A DNA stretch of 64,000 nt from Cenococcum geophilum (lineage: Eukaryota): NCBI GenBank assembly GCA_050273025.1, contig CP158635.1, positions 12,896,001-12,960,000 of the forward strand, written 5' to 3'. This document shows positions 1 to 14,577 of the stretch, piece by piece (positions within the stretch are counted from its first letter, which is position 1; each line of letters opens with the position of its first letter). The notes below the pieces were generated by a model, which had not been told where the DNA came from, made no database searches, and saw only the letters and a program-made list of their open reading frames with translations. The translations under genes and the position numbers were made by a program.

Positions 1-3000
1 ATAGTAATAAAAAGATGCTTCCTTATAGATAGGCCGTATACACTCTAATAGCTATACTAAAGGTGGTATAGGCAGAGATATAATAACGAGTGGGAAGATT
101 TCTATATATAGTTAGACGAGAAAGTTATCTAAAACCACCTAATTATGGAAAAGGTAATAAATTATATTAAGGGAGCCTTAATTATAACGTTAAAGAATCT
201 AAAGAAATAATTAAAGGATTAGAGAAGCGAAAGACGTATCTTAGTACCTATAAATAAAGTCGCAATGTTTAGATTAATATAATAGAAGTTTAAACTTAAG
301 AATAAAGATAAGTTAAGAGTTAACCCAAGACACCTAGTATACTATATGCTATTATGGATTATATATATAGACGATATATATAAGATGCATAAAAACCCAA
401 AAGAAAGGAACCGGAAATACCCTATAAGGACATATTAGGCGCTAAATAAGCGATAATATAGGAATACTAAGTATATATACGGCTAGTATCTAGTAGAAGT
501 TTAAGAGTTAGGAGACTTAATACTTTAACTAAAAAGATTCCTTATGGAAGAATACTTAGACAGATAGTGGTAATAGGAATACTTAGAGAATATATATCTA
601 TAGTATATTAAGGACAAAAAGCGAATAAAGTATTAGCTAAAGAATAAGTTAAGTATATAAGGATCTAGCAGCTAATAGTTAGGAAAAGTAGAGGCCTATA
701 GGACCAAAGGGAGCTAGTGGTAGAGCCTTAGACCCTTAAAGAAATTTAAAAATAATACCTAAATTTATAAATTAAATAGCAAGATCGACAGTTTAAAGTA
801 TTAGTAGATAGTAGAGTAATAAGGAACCATATCTTATTAATAGCAGTTAAAAGAATAGGGCTACTATATAGATAGAAAGAGTACCTATATCTACTAATTA
901 CAATCTTAGGAGATCCGATAGTCTATAAAGGAGGCACTATTAATCTTAAAATAGGACCTATTTAAATAACCATTAAAGGAAGATAGATTAAAATGTCTTT
1001 TAATATATTACTATTGGGGAATAATAAGGTAGTATTAGGAATACCTTAGTTATAGGAATACAATCCAAAAATCAATTAGGTTATAGGTTAGGTCAATATT
1101 AGAGATACTTAACGCCGTAAAACGTAATAATAAGCTAAGATGGTATAGTACTAAATAGGGGCAACCTATAAAGAAATAGATAAAGGACTAAGCTATATAC
1201 TAAAGAGATACTATAAGTACGGCAAGAAACTATAGTCACTAGAAAGTAAAAAGCTATTAGAGTATACAGCATAGGACTATAAGATAGAATTAGAATTAGG
1301 AGTAAGTCTAAAATTCTTTCCAATCTATAAGCTTACTAAAGAAGAAGGGAAAGCACTAAAGGAGTTTATTTAAGAGAACTTATAAAAGGGATATATTAAA
1401 CCATCGTAGTTATTAGTAGGTTATCCAGTACTATTCATACTAAAGAAAAACGAAAAACTTAGACTATGCATCAACTATAGGTAGTTAAATAGCATTACTA
1501 GAAAGGATAGGTATTCTTTACCCTTAATTAGCGAAATTTAAGATAGGATTAGTAACGTATAAATCTTTACAAAGATAGATTTAAGATAGGCGTACTATTA
1601 GATTAAGATTAAAAAAGGCAATAAATAAAAGGCAGCCTTTAGGTTAAAGGAAGGACTATATAAGCTATTAGTAATATAGTTTAGACTTATAAAATGTACT
1701 AGCAACGTTTTAGAAACGTATTAATAATATATTAAGAAAGCACTCAGACGAATTTGTTATAGTATATCTTAATAATATTATTATTTACTTAATAAGTAAG
1801 GAAGAATATAGAGAATACGTTAAATGGGTTTTAAAGAGACTATAAGAAGAACAGATGCTAGTAGTAATTAAGAAATATAAGTTCTTTACTAGGAAGACAG
1901 ATTTCGTTAAATTTATTATTAAACTAGGCCAACTTAGTATAGATCTAAAGAAGATTAAGGCTATAGTAAATTAATAAGAACTAGAGAACGTTATATAATT
2001 AAGGTTATTTTTAGGGGTTTGCAATTACTACAGGAGGTTTATAGCTTAATAGTTAAAGGATATTAAGCCATTTATAAGGTTAATAAAGAAAGAAGAACCT
2101 TAGGTATAGGGAGAGAAGTAAAGGAAACTATTTAAGGAGGTTAAGAAGTTGTTTACTTAGGACCTAATCCTTAAAATCTACTAACTAAAACTAAAGATAG
2201 TGGTTAAAACGGATATATTAAACTTTATACTAGGGGTATACTTCCTATAAAAATATAAAGACGGATGGCACCTAGTAGTATACTATAGTTGGAAGATAAC
2301 ACCACTAGAACTAAACTATAACATCTATAACAAGGAGTTATTAGGTATAGTTACAGCACTTTAGAAATAGAGAGCATTCTTATAAGGCATAGAGAAGCTA
2401 TTAATAGTTAAGATAGATTATAAGAACCTAACGGGGTTCCTAATAATAAAAGAACTTAATTAGAGATAAGTTAGATAGGCAGAAATACTTATAGAATATT
2501 ATTTTAAGATTTAGTATACTAAGGGTATAGATAACGCACGAGCAGATACTCTAAGTAAAAAGGCTAAACTATAAAATAATAAGAAGCTATTAGGGGCTCT
2601 ACTACAAAAGGACACAGACGGATTAATTAGATATAATTATCCGAAAATTATAGTAATAAAACAAATAGTTAGACCCATAAATTACTAAAGAATAACTAGT
2701 TATAAAGGATTTAAGACGCATAGGCAGAGGATTAGGACTTAGAGTAGTATAAAAACTAAGAAGTAATATACGTACCTAAAAATATTATAAAAGAGTTTAT
2801 TAAGTTATTCTACAGGGGATTAACTTAAGGATATAATGGAGCTATAGGCCTAGTATTAAGACTCTAAGAGGAGTATATTATTAATAGAATCTAGGGACTA
2901 GTAAAATAAGTTATAAAGAAATATCTAAATTGCTAAAGGAATAAACTAACGAGATATAAGCTATATGGAGGGCTACAACCTATTAAAATACTGGAGAGAC

Positions 3001-3435
3001 CATAGGAGGTTATATTATAGGACTTTATCATAAAGTTGCTAAAATTAAAAGATCCTATTACCGGACAAGATTACGATGTAATTTTAGTAATAGTAGATAA
3101 GCTAATAAAGTAGGGATACTTTATAGTATACACGGAAGAAATCTTAGCGGAAGATATCGCTAGAATCTATATTAAAGAAGTATTTATAAGATATAGAGCA
3201 CTAAGTAAGATTATATTAGATAGGGATCTAAGATTTATAGCAGCATTCTAGGAGGTGTTTTTAGTAGAATAAGGAGTTTAAGTAGTAACTTCTACTGTAT
3301 ATTATCCGCAGACGGACGGTTAAATGGAAAGACTAAATTAGACACTAAAACAGTATCTAAAATACTATATTAATTATATATAGAATAATTAGGTATTATT
3401 ATTACTAGTTATATAGTTTGTATATAATATAACAC

Positions 3436-6400
3436 AAAGGAACACCAAAAGCGAGATCCGACCCATACTGTCCTATGGGGGTTCCTTTCCGTCTTATCTT
3501 GTCCGTACGGTTAAGCTGAGAGTGAGGATCTCGTCTGTTACTGATGCAGCGGCGTTACGTCGTGGCTAGAGGGCGCTTTCAAATGCGTCGTCCTTAACGC
3601 CGTTAGAACAGCAGAGTTTTCGCGGGTCTTGGCGCTTGTTAACAACATAAGGCAACTTATTAAGAATAGAGGAATGGTCTTAAAAACTACCTAACGTCTC
3701 TCTACCTAGGCGCCGACCTAGGGCCACAAGCCAGCGCTTATATTTGCTGGTAGAAGTAATAGGAATTTAAGGAGACGACAGGGCACCTCTGTACTTATTC
3801 CGCTCTAAGACTATACCTATAGCAAGGGCACAGGAAGAATCTTAACACTATTAACTATATTTAGCGACGTTAATCCTCCCTTTCTACGCAGCGGCGTTAA
3901 CCTTTCTCTAGGTGGTAACGTTAATCTAGAACGGACTAAGAAAAGAGCTGGGGGCACCCTTCTCTAGGCGGCGACGTTAATCCAGAACGGATTAAGAAAG
4001 AGCTAGGACGAACCTATATAGGCAGGCTAGAACGGACTTAGATGCAGGTATTGGTTAAGATGGGAGGACAACAAGTTTAGTTAGTAGGCGGCTAAGGGAC
4101 GGTAGCTGCGCGGCGTTAAGTTATTATGGGCCCACGCCTGCAAGACACGGTTGGCCTATCGTCATAAGAGCGTTATAGGTAACGCGAAGCAGCCAACGGC
4201 TGTGGGGCGTAGTATATAATAGCAGCGACGGACGACTCTAGGAACCTTACCCCTTTACTAGGCTCTAACTCCTAGTGGACCTGTCTTAAAGGAAGGATTA
4301 ATACCTTATCGACGACACTGTTTATATAGCCTAAAAGGACGGATGCGCGTGTCGGTCTATTTAGGCAGGGGTAGGCTGTAAGGATAGGCTTATGGAGCAA
4401 ATTAGGTGCACATGGGTAGGAGCTAGCTTTGTCCACCAGCTGCTACGTTAACCGTGGTAAGGAACTAGGCAAGCAGTTTAGGCAAACTTGCTATATATAG
4501 TAGTTCTATAATGCATATATATTCTAGCCAGCCATCCCAAGCCTTAACGGGCCAGAAGTAACGCCGTGTAATATCACCAGACCGATTAGGGATATAAGGG
4601 TCATAGGGGACACAAGGGAGAGGACGCCCCGTAGGAAGACCCCTATAGACAGCGATAGTAGGCTTAAGACCAGGACAATTAAGAATTAGACTTAATGCGG
4701 TAAATATAACATTCGTAGCCGACCTATAAAGGGTATATAGCCGACCAGTAAGAATAGGGGAAGAACTGGTAATAATAACAGATTTAGATATAGAAGCGCT
4801 AACAGGAACACAAGACATGGGAATGGAAAGCTCTATACAAAATAAGTAGTAACTAGGGTGTAAACATAAGAGACAGAAGCTCTAAATATTTTAGAGAAAG
4901 TAAAAACAGAAGAAGTGAGGAACGAAGGAGAGTTAAAGGACCCTTACTGGGGGTCCGCTACCTATCTATTATATAGTATAACTGCGGTAATATAAACTAC
5001 CGCCTTATAAGGCCCCTACTAGACAGTCTAGACCTAGAGAAATACTATATCCTTACTATACAAGAACCGTATTATAATACCTTTATATAATCGATATACT
5101 GCCCCTAAGGATTCTAGCTCCTATATAAACTAAAAGCAGCTATACGCGTGTGCTTTATAATTAGTAAGGCTATTAGCCTGTTCTTATAGTTATAGTAGGC
5201 AGTTAACCTAAATATTATAGTTATAATAATCCAAACATATAGGGGACTGGTATAAATTATTAATATATATAACCCTAGGGTTAAAGGGGTCCCATAAATA
5301 GAGAATATTATATTAGCAATAAGCTTACTAGAAACCGAAGGTATAGAGTCTATCCTACTAGGAGACATAAACCTCTACCACCCGCGGTAGGGGGGTATCT
5401 ATATTGCTGTAGATTAATAGTTAGAGTGCCTACTAAGAGCTATAGATATCTAGGGCCTTAAGCTAGCTACCCCCCCAGGAGTAATTATATAGCAATGAGG
5501 CACCGCCAGAAGTATAATTGACCTTATATTTATGGATAAAGGCCTATACCAGAGACTTAAAAGGTGCAACCCTAAAGAAGAATAGGCACTTACCCTAGAC
5601 TATATCCCTATCTAAATACAGCTAGACCTAAATACTAAAGCGTAACTAAATAGAAAAAGATACGCAATAAGGAAGCTTAAGATAAATAGTTTCCTTAATA
5701 TAGTTAAATAACAACTCCAAAACCTAGAAGAAATCCACCTAATACCAAACGAGCGAGGCTTATTGGCCACCCCTAAGGAAATTAACCGAAGACTAGAAAG
5801 GATTTAGGCAGCAATTAAAAATAGGCTAGAAGAGCACTGCCTAATCTTAAAACCGGGCCCCTATATGCAATATATATAGTCTATATAATGCGCAGTTCTG
5901 GTTACTAGTTAATAATAAGCAAGAAGGAAATATATAAGTAGCTATAACCCTAAAGACGAGAGACAATACAAAGATATAAGAAACTAGCTAAAGAATACCC
6001 TAAAAAAAGAAGCAAGGAATAACTAGAGATAGTTTATAAACGAGTATACTTCTAATCTAAGCCTCCCCTATAATAAGGGCCTTTGGGCTATAGTAAAATG
6101 GGTAAAAAAAAAGGCAGGGCGCCTAGTAGAAGACCTATATTTACTACCTCTATAAAGAGTAGGAGAATTACAGGCTATAAATAATAATAATAAGAAGGCA
6201 AAGATTCTTATAGAAAGGTTCTTCCCCTAACTGGCTCTAGTAAACCTTAGTAATATTACGGGCGAAATACTGGTGACTCGCCTGCGGGTTAATAGCGACA
6301 TAATAATAGAGGAAATGGCTAGAACTATTAGCCGCCTTTTAAACAATATAGCACTAGGACTAGATAGAATTCTAAATAAGGCCCTAAAAACCTATAGGCT

Positions 6401-8670
6401 ACTTATAGCACCTTAGCTTATAGATATAGCTAGAGCATACTTTACTATAGGCTACTACCCGCAACTCGGAAGATCTATAATAACGGTTATCCTACAAAAA
6501 GAAGGTAAAGCAGATTACTTAATCTTAGAAAGCTACTGCCCTATTGCCTTAGAAAACACCCTTAGTAAGATCTTAGAAAGGGTAATAGCGGAACATATAG
6601 TAGATACGGTAGAGGAACACGCCCTACTACCACAAAGCTAAATAGGGGTAAGAAAGAACCGCTTAACACTATTAGTACTTACGCTACTCGCTACCACTAT
6701 TAAATCTACATGGGCGATACGAAAGGACTTTATAATATTAATACTTAGCCTAGATATTAGTGGTACCTACGATAATATACCCCATAAGCGTCTCCTGTAT
6801 ATCCTTAGGGCAAAGGGCTTTTTAGAATAGATTATATAATTTGTCTAAGGGTTTATAGGCCAGAAAGAAACATTACTAGTCTTTAGCGGATACTAGAGCC
6901 CCCCTATTATAGTTGCAATAGGAATACTATAAGGATTACCCCTCTTACCTATACTCTTCCTTTTCTTTATAAGCAACCTGCTCGACTTTTTTAAGGAAGG
7001 GGCGACTTAGGGGATAGGCTTTGTTAACAATATAAACCTAATTATATACGGGCCAACAGCCGTAGAGAATTACAGAATACTAGAGAAAGCCTATAATACT
7101 TATATAGAATAGGCAAAATGTTATAGAGTCCAATTCTTACTAGAGAAATACTAGCTAATCTATTTTATAAGAAAACGTAACTAATCTATAGATCTTTAGT
7201 ATATAATTCGCATCTAAGGCTTTAGGGGTTAACTAGTTTAGGGCTTAAGGGTATTAGGAGTATAGGTAAATAGTAAGCTCCGGTAGAGCGTATATACGGC
7301 GTAAGCGGCCCGTAAAGGCCAAGTATAGTTTATCGCTTTATCTAGGATTGTTAACTCTATATAGGGTCCATGCTTCTAGAGGTTACGCCTACTATATATA
7401 GCAGTTGTCCGGCTAACCATAATATATAGATCCAGTATTTGGGCCATTAGAGAAACTAAGAAGGGCCCCCCTAAATTACTCCTTAAACTACTTTAAAAGG
7501 TCTAGATAGCCTGCCTCTGGAATATTATAGGCGGGTATAAGCAAACGGCTATAATACTACTTAAGAAGGAATCCAATATTCCCCCTCTATAGTTATATAT
7601 TAAAGCCGCTGTAATATAAAGGACGTAAAATAAACGTAACTCTAATATTATAAAGTATATTAAGACACGCCTAAGTAAACTATGGAGGGACCCTAGGGTG
7701 CCCTATAGGAGAATAAACCAACAACCCTAAAGTAGGGAAGAGATATTAGAGAAACAGGTAAAGAAAGTAGAAGAAAAATAGTGCCGCTTTAGAGCCCAGG
7801 CCTATATAGAGGAGGAAGGAAGACGTATAAGAGGTCAGTAAAGATAATAGTAAGATAGAGAAAGGAGCTAAAGTAGAACATATAAAAACGCTAGGAAACT
7901 ATCTACTATAATGCAATACTGGTTGGACTAACGCTAAAGAGGTAAATGGGAGTTAAAGGTATAGAGGCTAACTTAGGTAAGACGAACCTAAGCTATAGCA
8001 TGGTTAATGCTATGGGGGGTAAATACCCAAGGGCTTTAAGAAGGCCTAATAAAGGCAGAAAATATAATAGCAACACTTTTAAGAATAGGAATAATAGGAC
8101 TAAAAGATTAGCTTTACTGGGTGGGTGTCCTAGTAGGTAGCCTAAGATGCAAATGTGGCTAGCCAAGACAGACACCAAAACATGTAATACTGCTATACCC
8201 CCTACGTACTAATTAAGAAACAATGCTCTTAGTAGCTAGCATAGAGAACTATAATACACTGCTCTTAATATAAAAAGGCCTTAAGGCGGTCACCTAGTGG
8301 CTTATTAGTTAAAATATACTAAATTAGTTCCGGGTTATAAGGGAAATGGTAATAAAAGGTAAGGGGGCAAGCAGCAGGTGCCCCCTAGTAACTCTATAGT
8401 AGTAGAGTAATAGTTTATAATACTAGCGCGTCTATAGGCTTGTTACGGCAGTAGTAGTTCCTAAGAAGGTTAAACAGTAAGGTAGTAGAGCACTATAGGC
8501 GACTTATAGGCGCTAAGTAGGCGAGTCCCAAAAGGCGGGGAGATAGATCACGGGGTTTTCTTATTTTTCTTAAATAGAGTTTTCTCCCCATATATAAATA
8601 AGGAGTAGTCCGTGTGGGCCCAATAGGGATCCAAATCGGACGTTAAGCAATGAATTATTATTATTATTAT
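3436..8670 (+). mobile_element. Full-length non-LTR retrotransposon (Tad1/CgT1-like LINE), RIP-inactivated
   Basis: 15-bp TSD tatataatataacac at 3421-3435 and 8671-8685; (TTA)n 3' tail. De-RIP ORF2 motifs: endonuclease GD.NLHHP.WGG (~5361), RT APG.DGI (~6351), YRPIALENT (~6533), LDISG.YD (~6750), GIPQGSPLSPILF (~6921), FVDD (~7020). Confidence 0.95.
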
Positions 8671-9269
8671 TATATAATATAACACCTTAAGAAGAAATGG
8701 GAATATTACTATTTAAGGCAAATTATAGATATAAGCTAAGAACATCGTTATCGCTACAATAAGTAAAGAAAACGAGTAGTATAGCTAAGTAAAGAATGGA
8801 GATACTAATAAATCTTTATATAAACCTCACGAAAATAGCAAAAGTGGTATAGCAAAGAATAAAAAAGTACTATAACGCTAAGAGATCTAAGGGACTAGAT
8901 CTTAAGGAGGGAGATAAAGTATAGCTACTATATAAAAATTTTAAGAGTTAATAACTAAGTAAGAAGTTAGATTACGTTAGACTAGGACCTTTTAAATTTT
9001 AAAATTTTTTTTATTAGCTATATTTAAGCTAAACCTATTAGCTAAAATAAAGATCTACCCTATATAACGCATTACAATGCTAGAGCTAGCATATGAGAAT
9101 ATTAAGCCACTAGTTTATAAAGCAGACACGTATAGAGGATAAGAAGAAGATAAATAGTAAGTTTTAAAGATTATTAATTATAAAAGCGTTAATAATAAAA
9201 TATAGTATAAAGTAAAGTGGATAGGCTACAATAAGACTACCTAGGAGCTACTAGAAAATTTAAAGAACG

Positions 9270-9942
9270 CTATAGGAAAGGTATAGGAGTATTAAAAGAG
9301 AAAAGGTTAGGTAGTATTAATAAAGAAGGATTACTAAAGAACGAACTACCTAAGGGGGATATAGGAAGAACGATTACCAAGCTATTTAGAGTTATTCCCT
9401 TCTCTATTAAAGGAGAATCTGTTCTTTTATTACTAAGTTCCTATAAACCTTATTCTATAAGTTTTTACTCTTTAAAACGAACCTTTTTATAAACTTTCTT
9501 AAGACGGATTAACTAAGCAGACGCAGTAAGACGAGAATTAAGGGCGCGTTGCTAAGTATTAGCAGCCTTCTTTTTAGCGTTATAAGAATAATAAAGTTTA
9601 GTAAAAGTAACTAAAAGCTTATCGTTAAGCTTTATAGTAGTAAATTAAATACAAGACCCTATAATAGATTACTTAGGGGACTTAAAGACTATTTAGAGTA
9701 ATAAGGCGTATATATTTAGTGTCGGAAACGGAACGAATATTATAAGATAATTAAACGTTTAACTTAGCGCACTTTAAATAAGAGGATAGTTATTGGGAGG
9801 AAGGACTCGCTAACGCAATATAAACTAACCCCTTTTTCGCATAACGAGAATATAGAAATAGTATTATCTTACTAAGAAATAATATTATAGCAACGGTATA
9901 GGACTAACAAGCTATAAAAGAAGAAGAAGGTGCTTTAAGTAT
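9270..9942 (-). pseudogene. Antisense ORF of Gypsy A1: Zn2Cys6-like cluster plus coiled coil, 55-bp intron 9659-9713 (RIP-disrupted; 3' end approximate)
   Basis: De-RIP reading MPKAPSSS..TVAAILSLGEIMPSPCSRCAKKGLVCIALASPSSRQPSSCSECAKSNVRSSCDVRSVSDAE|WSRIQSAAVKL; acceptor TAG|GG intact; aligns with two other copies. Confidence 0.75.
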
Positions 9943-10050
9943 TATAAGTAATAATATTAACCGAGTTAATTAAATAGATATTATACCTCTAATAAACAAC
10001 CTAGAGATACTAAGTATCTTTAAGGACGAAGATAAAGAGGAGGGAGATAG

Positions 10051-10470
10051 TGTTATAGACGCTTTAAGTACAATATTATAACTACTTAGAGAAGAGTTAG
10101 AAGAAGCTAGTTAATTAATATAAACATGGTTTAAGATAAAACCTATAGAACTATATAACAAGGAATAGTAAGCAGAGTTATGTAATATAATCTGTGTAAT
10201 CTATATAATTTATAAGATCTATTACGGAGCGAATAGAGTAGATAGAGTAGACAGAGCGACAACTTTCTTAGGAGTATGGTTATATATTTAAGGACCCTTA
10301 GTCCCTACCTAGATAGTTCCTTCCTTATAGTAATTCTTAGAATACAATTAGAGTTAATCTATTAGGCAACCACTCCACCAGTTATTATTATTGTTGTTAA
10401 CTTATCTGTATCTATATACCTAGCCCATTAATAGGACCCACTGTAGTATAAGCTATAAGGTTCTGTTACA
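10051..10470 (+). repeat. 3' LTR of Gypsy A1 (420 bp)
   Basis: TGTTA...GTTACA termini after the PPT; matches LTR 55929-56350. Confidence 0.92.
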
Positions 10471-13400
10471 TTAATAATAGATACTTAGTAAATGTCTTTT
10501 ATAGTATTATACTAGATACTAGAGCCGCAGGAGTATCTATAATAGGAGAACCTTAAATTTAAGCCCTTTAGCAGCTTAATAACTCTGTTTAAATTAACTA
10601 TTTAACGGCAGGCTAATATATAATTCGTTTTAGCAAGGGTACTATAATCTCTTTTAGCACAATTAGGGTCCAAACCCCCTTAGAGTGCATTACTTTCCAC
10701 GTTATTCCTATAAATACCCCGTTTCTATTTTGCATTAGAAATATAAATAAATTAAGCGTTAAGCTTAATAACCTTAAGAATATACTTATTTAGGGAGATA
10801 ATTAGGTACCTATTATACGCAAGTAGGGTTACCCCTAGCTACTCCTTTATTAACTAGAAAAAAGTATTACTTAAAGCTACTTAACTAAGTTAGAGTTACG
10901 CTAACTATATCGTCGTTTTAGCCACCTATCCATTTATTAATTATTTAGGGTTCTTTAGTAAGTAGGCTATAAAGTTAAGGTTAAGGCAATTAAGTATTTT
11001 ATAAAGTACTATTATTACTACTAAATAAACTAAAAGTCCCCTAACCGATTTAAGTTTACCCTTAAAGATAACTATAACTTTAACTTTTATATTATTGTTG
11101 ACGTTATATATCTTAGCGGCAAGCTAGTACTCTAAGTTATTAAATTCTTAACCTCCTTTTAAGCTGTATATTTCTTAAAGGATATATTAGCTAGGAACGC
11201 ATAAGATACCCTTTAATTATACTGGATTAATGTCTACCTAGAACCCCCTAATTAAATTATCTATAATATAGGAAAGAACTTCTTATCTATAAAGTTTTAA
11301 TAATAGATAAAGGCAATAATAATTAAGGTTAAGGAAGTCCCTGTTAAGGTATATAATAATATTAAAAAAGTAAAGCGATATTATATACTATTACGCCGCG
11401 TATATAAGATTGTTTCTTTAAAACTAAAGGATATTAGTAAAGAACTTACCTTATAAATAGCTGTTAAAGCTATTAACAATTCCGCTGGCCCAGATAGACT
11501 TATACCTATATTATTAGTCTTTAGCGCCTACCCTTAAATAACTAATAATTCTCTACTATCTCCCTTTATTATATAATAATCTAAGGCTATTTACAAGGCA
11601 ATAAAGGAGGTACGACGTCTCTATGCTATATGCTAGGTTAACAACGCACTAAAAATAAGAAATAGCCTAAATACCTTAACTACGCTTAAGCTGCTACTCC
11701 AATCTAAGGTACGCGTATAGTGCGAAAAGGGAGAATAGTTAGGCCTACATAAGCTAATTATAATTAATAGTTAAACTTATACTATTTATATGCCCTATAG
11801 ACCCACTTAATTCCGTTTAACTGCTATTAAGCCTTACTATAAAAATAACAGTTCTAAGCCTTTATAGGATACCCTAAAAGATACCCTAAAGGAGAACTAT
11901 AATTAATATGCTCTAGAAGGCGACTATAATTCTAATATAATTATAGTAGATATACCACAACTACGATGCGGTAGAGGTCGCCTAAAGGGATCACGAAATT
12001 GCCAATATCTTATTAATTTTAAAAAGTAATTTGTTGCCGCCATTAGGAATAGAGTTAAGTTATTAATAGCCTTTATAACAGCTAAAAAGAAGGCTAACTT
12101 TAAGCTCTTAGAATAGCTTTAAAAGGAAGGTTATATTATAACTTTAAGAGCTCCTTTTTAAGTATCTAATAAGTAGGAGATTAATAGTCTTATTATAAAA
12201 GGAGTCTTTAAATTTAAGAAGTATAACCCTACCAAATTCGGTAGAGTTTACATCTTTAAGTTAAGAATAGTTAATAAGATTAAGGGTAAAGCTACTAACG
12301 CCCTATTTAAAAAATTAAGGCTTATTATCTAAGGCTATAACGACGATAGTAAGGAGGTAATTTTTACGTAATCTCTTATAATTTAACGAGCTAGTTAGCG
12401 AGTTATTATTGCGCTAGCTCCCTCCTTAATAAAGAATAGAATAGCAGTTTATTTGTAAAATATTACTTCGGCCTATACCTAATTAGAGACGCACCTTTAG
12501 CGCTTAATACTAGTATACCTTCTAGAGAAAATTCGCTACTAATATCCCGAAGATACGATTATAGTTATACTTAAGCTTTTATATAGAATTATAGAGGTAG
12601 GAACTTATTAGCAGGCTACCTATAGCAAGCACTATAAAGAGAAGCTCTTAATAACTACTTCTATATTTAATCCCTACTTTCTTATTATAGCTATAGGAAC
12701 TCTATTTAGAATTATTGGTATATAAACTAATAATATAATTATCTTAGGAGATAACTAATTTTTAGCTTTTAAAGAAGATAAGCTAGTAAAGGTAAATCTT
12801 ATAGTAAAGCTAAAGGAAAAGCTTAATTTAATAACACTATTGCTTTTTAATAAATATATCCTCTCCCTAAATAAGGATTGTATTGCTTTACGCCAAAAGG
12901 GTTAAGGTAAGAAGATTAACATTATTAACGTTAATTCTCTAAAGTAAGGATATATAGAGCAACGCGCTCGCGAAGTATATATTACTTCTATCTATTAACC
13001 TAAGGCTTCCTTTAATCTCTCTATTACCGCTTAATACCAGGAACTAACTAAAAATAACATTCTTACCCTAAATAAGCGTCTTTCTTAGTAAATAAACTAT
13101 CTTAATTAGGGATTACTTTATGTGCCTATTAATCTTCTCACTACTAAGCTCTTTATATTTATTAATAGATCGTTTATAAATAATAAGGATTTTAGCTTCT
13201 AGTTAGGATATAAGATTATTATTATAAATAAATCTACTAGAGAAAATAACTTTATTATCTACAGCAATCTTATCTATTAAAGCTTAACTAAGAGTAAGCG
13301 CGTTACCTAAAGCGTTTTAGCATTAGAGATATATAAAATAGTTAGTAGAGTTGATATAGCAATTACAATTAGAACTACCCTAAAGATAATTTTAGATTAA

Positions 13401-13740
13401 CTCGCACTTCCTGTTATCTCTACAATTATATATACTAACTTATACTCCCTTTATAAGTGTTTAATTAAGCTTAGTACTATAAAGGAGAAGCGCCTTATAA
13501 TTAATATTATGGCACTTTAGCAATCCTACAAACGGCAAAAACTCTTTAAGATTTAATAGATTAACGGCTAAGATAACCCAGTAGATATAATAATAAAGGT
13601 AAACCCAAATAAGGCTCTAGAGATATTTATTAACATAAACACTCTATATATATAAGTTAAAGGTTAGGTTAAAAAGGAGTAGGAGCAAGACATATATTAT
13701 AATGGTAATAGTTAATAGGCATGTACTATACGCTATTAGG

Positions 13741-13926
13741 GCTTAATAGAATTTAGCAAATCTCTATAGCTTAATAGAATTTAGCAGAACTCTATAGCTT
13801 AATAGAAGTTAGTAAAACTCTATAGCTTAATAGAAGTTAGTAGAACTCTATAGCTTAATAGAAGTTAACAGAACTCTATAGCTTAACAAAAGTTAGCAGA
13901 ACTCTATAGCTTAGCAGAATTCTATA
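13741..13926 (+). repeat. 28-bp tandem repeat (~6.5 copies) in Copia 3' UTR
   Basis: Unit gcttaatagaagttagcagaactctata repeated head-to-tail without spacers. Confidence 0.93.
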
Positions 13927-14094
13927 ACGTAGTAAAATATAGCAATTTACAGCAGATTATAGCAAGTTGCGGTTTTATAACTAGGCTTAATTAGTAGGCG
14001 TATATAAGGCATTATAGGATAGTCCTATAACACTACGCTAGTTAAGCGGTATTTATATATATATATATAGCAACCATAAAAGAAGAGTTGCTAG

Positions 14095-14259
14095 TGTTAG
14101 GAGTAAGATAAGTGGTTATTATATATTGCCGTAGCACTAGCGTAGCAAGGAGCCTTAAGCTCCTCGCCCTTTCTTATTCTAGACAAGAAGCTTTTTAATT
14201 AACATTACTGTAACCTACTTGAGTAGTCATTATTAGTAAGTTACCCTATATAACCAATA
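14095..14259 (+). repeat. 3' LTR of Copia-like element (~165 bp)
   Basis: Starts TGTTAG after purine tract aaaagaagag; ends ccaata (RIP of ccaaca), where minus-strand Gypsy B sequence resumes. Confidence 0.7.
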
Positions 14260-14577
14260 AGTATTATAATATGCTATATAGGGTAAATTTTTATCTTTAC
14301 TAATAAGTTAAGTCTATATATAACTTCTAAAATCTTAGCTATAATTTTAAATAGTCCTAGTCTAACGTAGTCTAACTTCTTACTTAGTTATTAACTTATA
14401 AATTTTTTATATAATAGCTATACTTTATCTCCCTTCTTAAGATCTAGTCCCTTAGATCTCTTAGTATTATAGTACCTCTTTATTTTTTATATATTAGTTT
14501 TGCTATAAAATAGAGGTCTTTATAAAGATTTATTAGAGTCTTTATTCTTTATTCTACTATACTACTTATTTTCTTTA

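Larger units (their letters stand above)
1..10470 (+). mobile_element. Ty3/Gypsy chromovirus, family A copy 1 (5' part outside window), RIP-inactivated, interrupted by a LINE at 3436-8670
   Basis: De-RIP motifs in order: protease ALVDSG (~800), RT PFG/YLDD-like (~1680-1780), RNase H VETD..NY.IYDKEL (~2200-2340), integrase QTDGQ.ER (~3310), chromodomain TWEP.ENLKNA (~9240). PPT gaggagggagatag precedes the 3' LTR. Collinear with the copy at 48763-56350. Confidence 0.95.
10471..14259 (+). mobile_element. Fungal Ty1/Copia-like LTR retrotransposon, 3' part (5' part displaced upstream by Gypsy A1), RIP-inactivated
   Basis: Copia domain order: protease-like DTGAAG (~10515), HRRFGHP (~10908), integrase VERYH (~11370), RT SRLIIQGYND (~12315), QTDD (~12723), RNase H TDSYSL/NPAD.MTK (~13430-13600); then LTR. 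Confidence 0.88.

Noticed and set aside
1135..8178. Short ORF-track entries (1135, 4465, 5114, 7946, 7993)
   Set aside because: Chance or shadow frames within RIPped Gypsy/LINE sequence; Leu/Ile/Tyr bias typical of RIP.
13741..13926. 28-bp repeats as a CRISPR array
   Set aside because: Head-to-tail with no unique spacers, eukaryotic context, no cas genes.
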